Below, piece after piece: positions 50,192-59,745 of a stretch of 64,000 nt of DNA (its first letter is position 1; every line of letters begins with the position of its first letter). This stretch comes from Phycisphaerales bacterium (lineage in GTDB: Bacteria; Planctomycetota; Phycisphaerae; Phycisphaerales; UBA1924), in contig OZ252285.1 in assembly GCA_965250055.1 (NCBI GenBank), positions 2,599,767-2,663,766 on the forward strand. Direction: 5' to 3'. The position numbers and the translations under genes were made by a program. The notes under the pieces were generated by a model, which saw only the letters and a list, made by a program, of their open reading frames with translations, made no database searches and was not told where the DNA came from.

Positions 50192-51640
50192 TCACTCGCC
50201 GAGCGTTTTCTTTCTTCGAAGCACATGGTGGTAGTGCTGCGCGAATCGGTGGGATTCGTCGCGGACCTGCTGGAGCAGGCGCAGTCCTGGATTGTTGCGT
50301 CCGAGCTTGATCGGCTCGTCCTGGCCTTGCTTATAGATCAGCTCTTCTTTCTTGGCGATCGAGATCACCATCGGTGGTTTGACTTCCAGCTGCTCGAAGG
50401 CATCGAGTGCGGCGTGGAGTTGTCCGATCCCGCCGTCGATCAGGATGACATCGGGATAGAGCTCTTGTCCGGCGCCCGCGTCTCGGAACCTGCGTGAGAT
50501 GACCTCGCGCATGGATTGGAAGTCATCGTTGGCGCGTCCTCCTGGGAGGTTGGTGAAGGACTTGATGCGGAAGCGACGGTATTCCTGTTTGAAAGGTCGT
50601 CCGTCGATGAAGCAGACCTTGGACCCCACGGTTTCGCCGCCTTGCAGGTGCGCGATGTCGAACCCCTCGACGCAGCGGATCGTGGTGTTCATGTCCAGAG
50701 CGCGCGCGAGGGATTGGCACCCCTTGATCGGATCGATGTACCCGATCTCGGTTTCGGGTTGCCACTTATCGCTCGTCGAGGCGCGGTTGTCGATCTTGAT
50801 CATCGCGTTGACCTGATCCCGCAGCGTCGCGGCTCTTTCAAAGTCCATCCGCTCGGACGCTTCCGCCATCTCTGCTTGCAGTTCCTTGATCATCGTCGAG
50901 CGTTTGGTCTTGAGGAAGCGCACGAATCGGGTGATGTCCTCGCGGTAGTGCTCTTTGGTGATCGACTCGTTGCACGGCGCGGTGCACTTGCCGATCGACG
51001 CGAGCAGGCAGGGACGGAAGTGCTTGTTCTTGGGATCACCCTCGATGATGTCGAGCGAGCAGGTGCGGAACTTGAACACAGACTGGAGCGCATCGACGGC
51101 GGTGCGCAGCGCGCCGGGAGAGGTAAAGGGGCCGAGGATACTCGCGTTGGTGTAGTGGGGGTCCTTGGTGCCGTCGGGTTTGATCCCTGTGGGGTTCCGC
51201 GAGACAAACACGCGTGGATAGTCCTCGTTGTTGGTCACGACGAGGTAGGGGTAGGTGCGGTCGTCCTTCTGGGCCGCGTTGAAGCGGGGTTTGATGTCCT
51301 TGATGAGTCGGTTCTCAGCGAGCAGTGCTTCCCACGCGGTGTCGGTTTTGAAGACCTCGAAGGTGTGGACCTCATCGAGCATCTTGTTCTTGCGAGGGCC
51401 AAGGTCAGTCGAGGGGAGGAAGTAGGACGAGACGCGATCGCGGAGCTTGGTTGCTTTGCCGACATAGAGCACGATGCCCTTGTGATCTTTCATCAGGTAG
51501 ACGCCGGGCGCGAGGGGCAGGTCCCGCGCCATCGCGTGCAGACGCTTGATGCGCGTGTTGTAGTCCTCGCTCCCCCACTCCGGGATATCCTGCGCAAAGT
51601 CGTCAGGCTTGAACGGGATGGGGTCATCGGTGGGTTCCAC
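50192..51640 (-). CDS. uvrC: Excinuclease ABC subunit C (UvrC) lacking the C-terminal (HhH)2 domain
   Basis: GIY-YIG (PGVYLMKDHKGIVLYVGKATKLRDRVSSYF), UVR motif (MDFERAATLRDQVNAM) and endonuclease domain (FDIAHLQGG...LIDGGIGQL...RDESHRFA). The protein ends about 20 aa later, at 482 aa. Confidence 0.85.
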   Translation of the reverse strand: MEPTDDPIPFKPDDFAQDIPEWGSEDYNTRIKRLHAMARDLPLAPGVYLMKDHKGIVLYVGKATKLRDRVSSYFLPSTDLGPRKNKMLDEVHTFEVFKTDTAWEALLAENRLIKDIKPRFNAAQKDDRTYPYLVVTNNEDYPRVFVSRNPTGIKPDGTKDPHYTNASILGPFTSPGALRTAVDALQSVFKFRTCSLDIIEGDPKNKHFRPCLLASIGKCTAPCNESITKEHYREDITRFVRFLKTKRSTMIKELQAEMAEASERMDFERAATLRDQVNAMIKIDNRASTSDKWQPETEIGYIDPIKGCQSLARALDMNTTIRCVEGFDIAHLQGGETVGSKVCFIDGRPFKQEYRRFRIKSFTNLPGGRANDDFQSMREVISRRFRDAGAGQELYPDVILIDGGIGQLHAALDAFEQLEVKPPMVISIAKKEELIYKQGQDEPIKLGRNNPGLRLLQQVRDESHRFAQHYHHVLRRKKTLGE

Positions 51641-51674
51641 GAGGGATGGTATTGCTCATAGTGCATGATGGCAC

Positions 51675-51704
51675 AAAAAAACAAGAGAGGCGTTTAGGCC
51701 TCTC
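51675..51704 (-). terminator. Rho-independent terminator of the porin-like gene
   Basis: Minus strand reads GAGAGGC-CTAAAC-GCCTCTC followed by TTGTTTTTTT. Confidence 0.85.
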
Positions 51705-51733
51705 CTGTGCGTGATTATGGATTTGAATCGGAT

Positions 51734-53074
51734 TTAGAAGAGCAGCGACATCTGGCCGCGGATCATCAGGTTGGATTCGGTGCCTGCCGATGCGCCGCCG
51801 CCGGCGAATCCTGTGGTGGAGACATCGGTAAAGAGCATGGTGTCCAGACCTGTTGTGTCGTCGAGTCCGAATCCGACGTCGAGTGAGAATCGGGCGGCGT
51901 GCGACTCGGGGACGAGGTAGTAGTTGATCCCAAAGGTGATCGTCGAGTACTGATCGTCGTCGGTCGGCGCGAGCGGGAACGGCGCTCCAGGATCATCGTC
52001 AAGCATGATCATGTCGTAGCGTGCGAAGCCCTCGAGCTGTTGGGTGAAGAAGTAGTTGCCTTGGAGGACGAGCCCGTTCATGGTCATATCGAATCCGCCG
52101 GAGGTGACGCCCTCGATATCTACGTTCATGCTTGTGTAGGACGCGAAGAGTCCCCAGCCGTCGTTCTCGTACTGTGCGTCGATGGTCCAGACTGTTGAGG
52201 TGATCGAGTCGATCGCGCCGATCGGAGCGCCGAGCACGCCTGGGGTTGGGTTGGTGTCACCCATCTGAGCCCAGCTCACGCCCGCACCGACGCGGAGGGC
52301 ATCGCTTGAGCCTTGCCATGACGCGAAGTCGTCGAACTGGTCCCATGTTCCCGAGACGAGCCAGTCGATACGTCCAGTCAGCGAGATGTCAGCTTCTGCC
52401 GGTGAGGTGTAGTACGAGTTCGCGGGATTGAATCCGACGACATTGACCGATGGACCGTCGGAGAGGAACACGGTGAACTTCCATTCGTCATCGGAGTAGT
52501 TGAACGCGAGACCTTGGGTGTACCCCACGTCGAAGAATGAGTTGGTGAGAGAACGCTCAACACCTTGAGAGTGTTCCGGAGCAACGTTCGCTTCGAACGA
52601 GTATGGGTTTTTAATCTGTCCGAAGATGAAGGTCCAGTTGTCGTCCAGTGCCCAAGCGCCGTATGCGGTGCGGAGGGTCGCGCCGCCGTCGCCGGTCAAT
52701 CCGCCGGGGGTTTGTGACGAGGCGCTGTGGTCGAACGCGCCACCGAAGTCGAACGAAATATGTCCGGTGATGTCGGTGCCTTCTACAGCGCCGTCGAGAC
52801 GGATTTGTGTGCGTGGTGCTGAGAAACCGACGGTGGTGTCGGCGTCACCGAGCACGGTGCCGTTCATAATCTCATCGCGCGAGTCGTAGGTGTAGCGAAA
52901 CTGAGTGAAGACCTCGACATCGAGTGCTGAGGCGCTCGATGTGAGCAAACTTGATCTCGTGTTCGCATCGGCGCGAAGCTCGGCGGCGTACGCGCGATCG
53001 ATATCGAGTCCGGACTGAGCGAGCGCTGAGCCGCTCATCGTGACGAGTGCGATGGTCGTCATCGTCTTGTTCAT
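51734..53074 (-). CDS. Putative outer-membrane beta-barrel porin
   Basis: Signal peptide (TIALVTMSGSALAQS). Alternating amphipathic strands rich in Gly/Tyr/Asp and a terminal aromatic (…MSLLF), typical of OMP barrels. The specific family is not assigned. Confidence 0.6.
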   Translation of the reverse strand: MNKTMTTIALVTMSGSALAQSGLDIDRAYAAELRADANTRSSLLTSSASALDVEVFTQFRYTYDSRDEIMNGTVLGDADTTVGFSAPRTQIRLDGAVEGTDITGHISFDFGGAFDHSASSQTPGGLTGDGGATLRTAYGAWALDDNWTFIFGQIKNPYSFEANVAPEHSQGVERSLTNSFFDVGYTQGLAFNYSDDEWKFTVFLSDGPSVNVVGFNPANSYYTSPAEADISLTGRIDWLVSGTWDQFDDFASWQGSSDALRVGAGVSWAQMGDTNPTPGVLGAPIGAIDSITSTVWTIDAQYENDGWGLFASYTSMNVDIEGVTSGGFDMTMNGLVLQGNYFFTQQLEGFARYDMIMLDDDPGAPFPLAPTDDDQYSTITFGINYYLVPESHAARFSLDVGFGLDDTTGLDTMLFTDVSTTGFAGGGASAGTESNLMIRGQMSLLF

Positions 53075-53222
53075 AACTGTGCTCCTTCAAGCGTTGGGAT
53101 TGCTCCCATCCTGTGTGTTGAAATAGAGGCGTAGTGAAAACGACTGCCCTGCCTCATGATAACAGGAAGTCTGTTGAGATGAGACTTGTGGTCTAGTTTA
53201 GAGTTGTTCAAAACCGGCTTGG

Positions 53223-53714
53223 TCAGGGAGCTGATGACCCGATTTCAGGGTCGATCATGTGAAGGTACGGATTGTCCGGCATCGCTGGTGAGCCGGGCGC
53301 GGTCCAGAGAACGGTCCAGCACAGCTCAAACGGCGGCATCGCGACATCGGTGAACAGCGCCGGCCAAGCGCCGTCGGTCTTTGCGGAGATGTCGTCCTCG
53401 ATGTCCTTGAACCCCTCAGCGTCCTCGTCGATACAGCGGAGGTGGTCCTGATCGTCTCCGATGCGGAATCCGAAGCAGATCTGGTCGATGCTCATGAGAT
53501 CGCGTTTGTACGCGACGATGCCGGTGACTTCATCCCATTTGAGCGACCAGTTGGGCTCGCCGAGCGTCATCACGCTGAACCCTCGCGTCTCGCGGATGAT
53601 CTGTCTTGAGGCGTATTTGGATCGGTCGCGCCGATCCTCTTTCCATCGCTTGATCCATGAAAAAACCAATCCGCGCAGGGATTGGCTTGTGTTGTCGTCG
53701 GGATTTGAGGACAT
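53223..53714 (-). CDS. Hypothetical protein
   Basis: 163-aa ORF lying 3 nt downstream of the lipoprotein gene. No motif recognised. Confidence 0.5.
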   Translation of the reverse strand: MSSNPDDNTSQSLRGLVFSWIKRWKEDRRDRSKYASRQIIRETRGFSVMTLGEPNWSLKWDEVTGIVAYKRDLMSIDQICFGFRIGDDQDHLRCIDEDAEGFKDIEDDISAKTDGAWPALFTDVAMPPFELCWTVLWTAPGSPAMPDNPYLHMIDPEIGSSAP

Positions 53715-53717
53715 GAC

Positions 53718-54143
53718 TTATTCGTAGATGTAGTCCGGGCCGCGCCACTGCTGCCACTTCTTGAGGCGGAAGCGCCAGAAGCTTTCTTCGAAGTTCGCTT
53801 GCGCTTCTGGGGACCACATGTGGAACGCTTCGAGCTGACGCGCTTCGCTCGCGATGCGGCGGAGCTCGTCTTCCGCTTCTTGCACGGTCAGTGGATCCGC
53901 TTCACCTGAACGCACCGCGGCGTTGACCAGATCGATGTAGAGCTGGTTGAGGTGGGCGTAGTCCTCGAGAGTGTCCTCGGAGAGCGACTGGTCGTTGAGA
54001 CGTCCCGCTTCGGCGCGGAGGATGGTGTCGATCGCACGCGCCTGGTGACGCTGACCGGTGGTCCGCTCTACGCGGCAGCCCGAAGAGAATGCGAGCACGA
54101 GAGCACTGGCAACGATCACGATTGGGGTCAAACGAATGTTCAT
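53718..54143 (-). CDS. Hypothetical lipoprotein
   Basis: Signal peptide with lipobox (LVLAFSSGC). The mature part is helical. Confidence 0.6.
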   Translation of the reverse strand: MNIRLTPIVIVASALVLAFSSGCRVERTTGQRHQARAIDTILRAEAGRLNDQSLSEDTLEDYAHLNQLYIDLVNAAVRSGEADPLTVQEAEDELRRIASEARQLEAFHMWSPEAQANFEESFWRFRLKKWQQWRGPDYIYE

Positions 54144-54212
54144 GGATTCTCCATCGGTTCTCGGACTGGATCGCTTGAGCGAATCCCTCAGGAAATGGAC
54201 TTTAGGGCCGGA

Positions 54213-55430
54213 TTATGACAGGGCAAGCCGGCACATCATCTCTACGCCCAATGGGATGGATTGATCGTTGAAATCAAAACTAGGTGTATGGAGTCCTGGG
54301 AACGGCGTTTGCTCGTCGTGAGCGAGTCCCAGGAAGAAGAAGCAGGAGGGGACCTTCTGAGCGTAGAACGAGAAGTCCTCGCCGCCGAGTGTGGGTTCTT
54401 CGACAAGCTTGGTCTGCTCGCATCCGCCCGCGGATTGGGCGATTTCAAAGACATGCTCCGTTTGCTGAGCGTCATTCTGGGTGACTGGGTAGCCCGGGAA
54501 CCACTCGATGCTCGCTGAGCATCCCAGAGCGGCGGCTGTGGACTCGATGAGCTTGGTGAATCGGGTCTTAATGTCGGATCGGGTGGTGTCGGACAAGGTC
54601 CGCAGAGTCCCCTGCATGATCGCGGCCGTCGGGATCACATTGAAGGCGGTCCCGGAGTGGATCGTCGTGATCGAGAGGACGACGGAATCCGTTGGTTTGG
54701 TGGATCTGGAGACGATGGACTGGGCGCTGCTGACGATCTGAGCCGCAGCGACGATGGGGTCATTCCCGAGGTGTGGGTACGCGGCGTGTGCTTGGGTGCC
54801 TTTGACGGTGATCGTGAACGTATCGGTCGCCGCGAGGAGCGGTCCGGGACGTGTGGAGATGGTCCCGAGTGTTTCGTCGGGCCAGCCGTGGAGTCCGAAC
54901 ATTTTGGTGATCGGAGGACCAATGAGTCCGTCGAGGGCGCCGTCGCGGATGAGTTTCTCGGCGCCAGCGCCGCCTTCTTCTGCGGGCTGGAAGAAGAAGG
55001 TGATCGGATTGGGTCGATGCTCCATCGAGGACAGGACTTTGGCGGCTCCGAGCAGGATCGCGGTGTGCCCGTCATGTCCACACGCGTGCATCGTGCCCTC
55101 GTGGGTGGACTTGTGGGGGAGGTCGGAGATTTCTGTGATCGGGAGCGCGTCGATGTCCGCTCGCAGTCCGATGCAGGGGCCGGGATCGTTCACAGTCGCC
55201 GGGAGATGCGCGACGACGCCGGTCCCTGTGTTGGGGTCCTTGCCTCCGATGTTTGCTACAAACTCGATCCCGAGGTCGCTCAGGTGCTGCTGGATGACCT
55301 TTGAGGTGCGGGATTCCTTGAACTTGATCTCGGGATGCGCGTGCAGGTCGCGTCGGATCGCGATGGTGTCATCGAGCGTGCTTGAGATGAGATCGTTGAG
55401 ATTCGTGAGGTCGGTGGTGGTCGTGGTCAT
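54213..55430 (-). CDS. M20D-family amidohydrolase (N-acyl-amino-acid amidohydrolase / hippuricase-like)
   Basis: IRRDLHAHPEIKFKE, MHACGHDGHTAILLGAA and QPAEEGGAGA motifs. ATG at 55430 is preferred over the TTG at 55436. Confidence 0.85.
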   Translation of the reverse strand: MTTTTTDLTNLNDLISSTLDDTIAIRRDLHAHPEIKFKESRTSKVIQQHLSDLGIEFVANIGGKDPNTGTGVVAHLPATVNDPGPCIGLRADIDALPITEISDLPHKSTHEGTMHACGHDGHTAILLGAAKVLSSMEHRPNPITFFFQPAEEGGAGAEKLIRDGALDGLIGPPITKMFGLHGWPDETLGTISTRPGPLLAATDTFTITVKGTQAHAAYPHLGNDPIVAAAQIVSSAQSIVSRSTKPTDSVVLSITTIHSGTAFNVIPTAAIMQGTLRTLSDTTRSDIKTRFTKLIESTAAALGCSASIEWFPGYPVTQNDAQQTEHVFEIAQSAGGCEQTKLVEEPTLGGEDFSFYAQKVPSCFFFLGLAHDEQTPFPGLHTPSFDFNDQSIPLGVEMMCRLALS

Positions 55431-55451
55431 GCACAAGTGTAGTGGGCGTGA

Positions 55452-56522
55452 TCACGCGGCGCGTTTGAGCGTGTCGAGACTGTTGTTCTCGTCCATGAAC
55501 ATCCTCGCGGCTTGCTCGATATCGATCCGATCAAGCTTGTGGGTGCACTGGGACTCACTCCGGATATGGTTGAAGACCGCTTGGGTCTGATCGAACGCAT
55601 CGACGACATCGGGATCGAAGTGGGTGCCTTTGCCCTCGTGGATGATGCTCATCGCTTTTTCGTGACTCATCGCGTCCTTGTACACGCGAGCGGTGGTCAG
55701 CGCGTCGTAGACGTCTGCGATCGCGACGATCCGTGCGGCGAGCGAGATGTCCTCGCCTTGGATTTGGAAGGGGTATCCCGAGCCGTTGAATTTTTCGTGG
55801 TGCTGGAGCGCGATCTCGATCCCCATGTCGAGGAACTCGTCGGCGCCGAAGTTGTTACGGATGGAAAGCAGTGTCTCGCCTCCGATGAGGGTGTGCTTCT
55901 CCATGATCGCGCGTTCTTCGTCGGTGAGACGACCCGGCTTGAGCAGCACGTTGTCGGGGATCCCGACCTTCCCGATGTCGTGGAGCGAGGACGCGAGGAC
56001 CAAGCGATCGATCCATTCATCGGTGATGATCGGATGCGTCGGCTGAAGCTGCGTCGCGATGACGCGTGCGTAGTGTCCGATGCGGTCGAGGTGATCGCCC
56101 GTGTCCGTGTCGCGGTAATCCGCGAGCTTTGCGAGCCCGTGGATCAGCGCGTTGCGACGAGCGAGCCCGTTGCTGACCTGACGATGGACCTCGTCTTCGA
56201 GCTGCTGATTGGTTTGCTCGAGCGCGTCCTTGTAACGGCGCGACGCGAGGAAGAACACCATCGCGGTGAGCGTGAGGACGGAAAGCGCGGTCGAGAGCTC
56301 GAGGATGAACAAGCGATCGATGAACGCTTGTGGGAGTTTGAAGTTCTGCTGGACCCAGCTGTCGGTCACCAGGACCGAGCCGAGGAGCAATCCGGACTGC
56401 GCGATCAGCACCGCGGTCATAAACGCACGGCGGGTCCGTGGTCGGAAGGCAATCTCTATGGCTGGTTTCGTAGACACCTGTTCTTCATCGGGCGCACTGC
56501 ATTCTCGATGCAGCGCTTGCAA
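55452..56522 (-). CDS. Membrane-anchored HD-GYP domain phosphodiesterase
   Basis: Two N-terminal TMs. HD motif (SSLHDIGKVGIPDNVLLKPGRLTDEE) and HHEKFNGSGYP. TTG start at 56522; alternative ATG at 56420. Confidence 0.82.
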   Translation of the reverse strand: MQALHRECSAPDEEQVSTKPAIEIAFRPRTRRAFMTAVLIAQSGLLLGSVLVTDSWVQQNFKLPQAFIDRLFILELSTALSVLTLTAMVFFLASRRYKDALEQTNQQLEDEVHRQVSNGLARRNALIHGLAKLADYRDTDTGDHLDRIGHYARVIATQLQPTHPIITDEWIDRLVLASSLHDIGKVGIPDNVLLKPGRLTDEERAIMEKHTLIGGETLLSIRNNFGADEFLDMGIEIALQHHEKFNGSGYPFQIQGEDISLAARIVAIADVYDALTTARVYKDAMSHEKAMSIIHEGKGTHFDPDVVDAFDQTQAVFNHIRSESQCTHKLDRIDIEQAARMFMDENNSLDTLKRAA

Positions 56523-56608
56523 ATGAATCCTGCCAAATCAGAACCAAGTCGCAACAGTTGCGCGGATCGATCCCATCATTTGGTCCGATTTGTCGGGCGC
56601 TTTGATCG

Positions 56609-57694
56609 CTATCGGGTCAAGATCCGATCGCACGCGTCAAGAGCGGCGGGGATCAACTCCAGCGCGTCCGAGAAGTCGGGATAGATCGCTTGGTCGCGGA
56701 CCATGTTGGGGTTGCCATCCAGGAGCGATGGTGGGGCGACCGATTTGGCGAGCTCGCTCAGCGCGGGATTCACAGGGATGTTCCGCGATGTGGACTCAGC
56801 GAGGAGTCGTTCTACTCGAGGGGAGATCAGGAACTCCGCGAGTCGGATGCCGTTGATGTTCCCGCCGTCGATGTGCGTGAGCGCGACGGTGTTGGGGAGC
56901 AGTGTTGGTCCGAACGAGCGCATCGTGCTGGTGATCATCGGAGGATCGAAAGACTCGTACACACAGTCCACGGCCCACCCGTTGCGCTGTCCGCTCCAGA
57001 CATCGTCCGTATCGGTGAGTCCGACATCGATCTCACCCATCGCGACGGCGCGGACCACGGTGGCGTTGCCGTCGTAGAGACGGATGTTGTTTGCTTTGAG
57101 CATCGTGAGCCAGCGCTCGAACTCTGGGAGCCCCCAGCGGGACGCGAGGATGCCCATGTGTCCGCGTGTGGTCCCGAACTCGGGACGCGCCATCCCGATG
57201 CGCCCCTTCCAGTGGGGTTGTGCAAAGTCGCGCATCGAGGTGGGTGGGGATTCGACACGATCGCTCGCGTAGACGATCACGCGCGCCCGCGTTGCGAATC
57301 CGGCCCAGGTTCCGTCGTCAGCGACCAAGCCGCTGGGCCAATCCTCCGGAACCCACGCGTCGGTGGTGTCCTTCGCGAGGATGTTGTTGTTCGCGAGGTC
57401 GATGGTCCCGAAGGGTTCGGAGGACCACCAGACATCCGCTTGGGGGTCGTCCGCTTCCGCTTTGAGTCGCGCGACGAGTCCTGTGGTTTTGGTCGCTTCG
57501 GTGTCACCGACGAGTCGGACCTCGATGCCGGTCTCGTTGGTAAAGTCTTCAACGACCAGCTTCGCGAACTCGTCATCGGCGGAGGTATAGAGCACGACGG
57601 CTTCGACAGGCGATGGCGAAGACTCCGAGCTCGGTCGGCAGGCGCTGAGCCCAATCAAAACAGTACATAGAATCAGGGATCGGATGATGTTCAT
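56609..57694 (-). CDS. ABC-transporter periplasmic substrate-binding lipoprotein (Fe3+/FbpA-like family), orphan
   Basis: Lipobox LIGLSAC. VVLYTSADDEF...GIEVRLVGD...ADVWWSSEP is typical of the iron(III)/thiamine SBP cluster. No permease or ATPase gene is adjacent. Confidence 0.7.
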   Translation of the reverse strand: MNIIRSLILCTVLIGLSACRPSSESSPSPVEAVVLYTSADDEFAKLVVEDFTNETGIEVRLVGDTEATKTTGLVARLKAEADDPQADVWWSSEPFGTIDLANNNILAKDTTDAWVPEDWPSGLVADDGTWAGFATRARVIVYASDRVESPPTSMRDFAQPHWKGRIGMARPEFGTTRGHMGILASRWGLPEFERWLTMLKANNIRLYDGNATVVRAVAMGEIDVGLTDTDDVWSGQRNGWAVDCVYESFDPPMITSTMRSFGPTLLPNTVALTHIDGGNINGIRLAEFLISPRVERLLAESTSRNIPVNPALSELAKSVAPPSLLDGNPNMVRDQAIYPDFSDALELIPAALDACDRILTR

Positions 57695-57712
57695 GCCAAC
57701 AGTCTACGGCGA

Positions 57713-59515
57713 TCAATCGTCTTTCGATTCCGCGGGCTCCGCGGGTTTGTCGGTCTTGTCAGTCTTGTCATCACCCTTCGCTTCCTTCGCGGCTTTGTCG
57801 AGGCGTCCGAAGTAGCTCTGGACAGCCGACTCGTACTCACGCGGGATGCGCTTGGTCTCGATCGCTTCCGATGCTTCGGTGGTCGCGCTCTGGATCGCGT
57901 CGGAGAACGCGGCGGTGGACTCGCCTTTGATCTGCGATCCTTGGACCATGGTCGATGCGATCACCGGCCCCTCGGAAGTCGTACGGACGTCGGCGTGTTC
58001 TTTCTTGATGGTAAAGTCCGCGCCCTGTTCTTCTGGGGAAGTGCCGAGTCCTTTGCCGGGACCTCCTGAGCCGGAACCGAACTGGGACGACTCGCCCTGC
58101 GAGAACTGACCGGTGCTCGGCCATTGTCCCTGCTGTCCGCCGCCCTGTCCAGGGTTACTGCCTGGATTGGAGCACTGAGCGAGCTGGTCGAGCTGTTGCT
58201 GTGCTTGATTCATCGCGGACTCGAGCGATTGCATCTCTTGCTGCATGTTCTCGAGATCCGAGAGCTGCGCGTTCATCGCATCGGATCCCGCGGCGGCTTG
58301 CTGGGGATCGCCGTTCTGCATGCCTTGGGCCATTTGTCCCATCGCTTGGGACATCGCGCCAGCGGCATCGGATGCTTTCTGCTGTGCTTGCGCGGCTTGC
58401 GAGAGTTGCTGAGCTTGTTCTTCTGAGAGTCCCGCGTCTTCGAGTGCTTTCTTGAGTGCTTCGGGATCGGTCGCGAGCTGCTTCGCTTGCTGCTCGCTGA
58501 TTCCCGCGGCTTTGAGCTGTTCCTGGAGCTGCTGGGAGTTTTGCGCCATCTGCTCCATCTGCTGCTTGAGGTTCTCGAGCTGCTGTCCAAGTTGTTTCTG
58601 TTGCTCCTCGGACATGTCTCCCGATTGCATCTGCTGTGCGAGCTGCTCGAGCTGTTGCTTCGCTTCCTCGAAGTCCCCTCGCGCCATCGCACGCGCCATC
58701 TCGGACGCGGCGTTCTCTTCGGTGGAGTTGAGCGACTTCATCGCGTCCTTGATCGCGTCGAAGGTCGCGCCGTCCTCGTTGTTGCGTTTCTCTTCGAGCT
58801 TGTCGGAGATGCTCGTGAGGTTCTTGATCGCGCTGCGGAGCGATTCCTCGGCGCTGATGTACTCGTTCGCTTCGGGACTGAGCAGGTCCTCGAACGCCTC
58901 GTCATCACCCTCATCAAACTCGAGTTTGGTCTGCTCGAGGATTTTCTTCATCGCTTCCTGCGATTCCTGAACAGTCGTCTGGACCTGCTGGATCTGCGCT
59001 TGCTCAGCTTCTTTTTCCTGCTGCTTCGCGTACAACCCTGTGAGGTCTTTCACTGGGAGCCACCACACAATCAGCAAAGCGGCAGCGGCAATGAGCGGCG
59101 TTGGCCAAACACGCGGGGCTTTGACAGGGAGCGCCGACGCGAGGTTGATCTTGCCCGCTTTGTCATTGGCATCAGTGACCACGGCTTTGGACCAGCTATC
59201 GGTCTGGTTCTCGATCAAGAGCGCGGTCGAGAGCGACTCGCGGAGTCCCGCGTGCTCATCGACAATCATCGCGGCTTTGGACTTGGAGGGTCGTGTGATG
59301 AAGGCCCAAAGGAGTCCGATGATGATCGCGCTCAGGGGCGCGACGATGAACACGACCCCCCATGGGACCTCAAAGACCGGCGCGACCTTCTGCGTGAGCC
59401 GAGCGATGACCATGAGCGTGAGCATCGCGGCGAGGCAGATCGAGATCGTGCGGATCGAGTTGATCAGCATGAGCCGACGGGTGGCGCGAGCGATGGTGGT
59501 GTGGATCTGGGTCAT
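57713..59515 (-). CDS. Membrane protein with three TM segments and a long Gln/Glu/Ala-rich coiled coil
   Basis: TMs near the N-terminus. Then roughly 250 aa of QQ/EQ-rich heptad-like sequence (QQLEQLAQQMQSGDMSEEQQKQLGQQLENLKQQMEQMAQNSQQLQEQLK...), a Gly-rich spacer and a basic/acidic tail. Confidence 0.7.
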   Translation of the reverse strand: MTQIHTTIARATRRLMLINSIRTISICLAAMLTLMVIARLTQKVAPVFEVPWGVVFIVAPLSAIIIGLLWAFITRPSKSKAAMIVDEHAGLRESLSTALLIENQTDSWSKAVVTDANDKAGKINLASALPVKAPRVWPTPLIAAAALLIVWWLPVKDLTGLYAKQQEKEAEQAQIQQVQTTVQESQEAMKKILEQTKLEFDEGDDEAFEDLLSPEANEYISAEESLRSAIKNLTSISDKLEEKRNNEDGATFDAIKDAMKSLNSTEENAASEMARAMARGDFEEAKQQLEQLAQQMQSGDMSEEQQKQLGQQLENLKQQMEQMAQNSQQLQEQLKAAGISEQQAKQLATDPEALKKALEDAGLSEEQAQQLSQAAQAQQKASDAAGAMSQAMGQMAQGMQNGDPQQAAAGSDAMNAQLSDLENMQQEMQSLESAMNQAQQQLDQLAQCSNPGSNPGQGGGQQGQWPSTGQFSQGESSQFGSGSGGPGKGLGTSPEEQGADFTIKKEHADVRTTSEGPVIASTMVQGSQIKGESTAAFSDAIQSATTEASEAIETKRIPREYESAVQSYFGRLDKAAKEAKGDDKTDKTDKPAEPAESKDD

Positions 59516-59745
59516 GTGTTGATCTCAGTGATACCTTGCTATTCATCGGCCCTCTGAACCAGCAATGGGACAGAAAGCGGAATCCTTCGTAAGGATTGTA
59601 CGGGAATGAGGGGCTGTGGTTGCTGCGCTGGGGTGCTTGTGACGATACAGTGACGGGGTTGAAACAGCGTTTATGGTCCAGTTTGGTCGGTTTTGTGAAG
59701 GGTACGTACATCACGCGCGATCAGTGCGATGCCGCGTTTGAGCGG

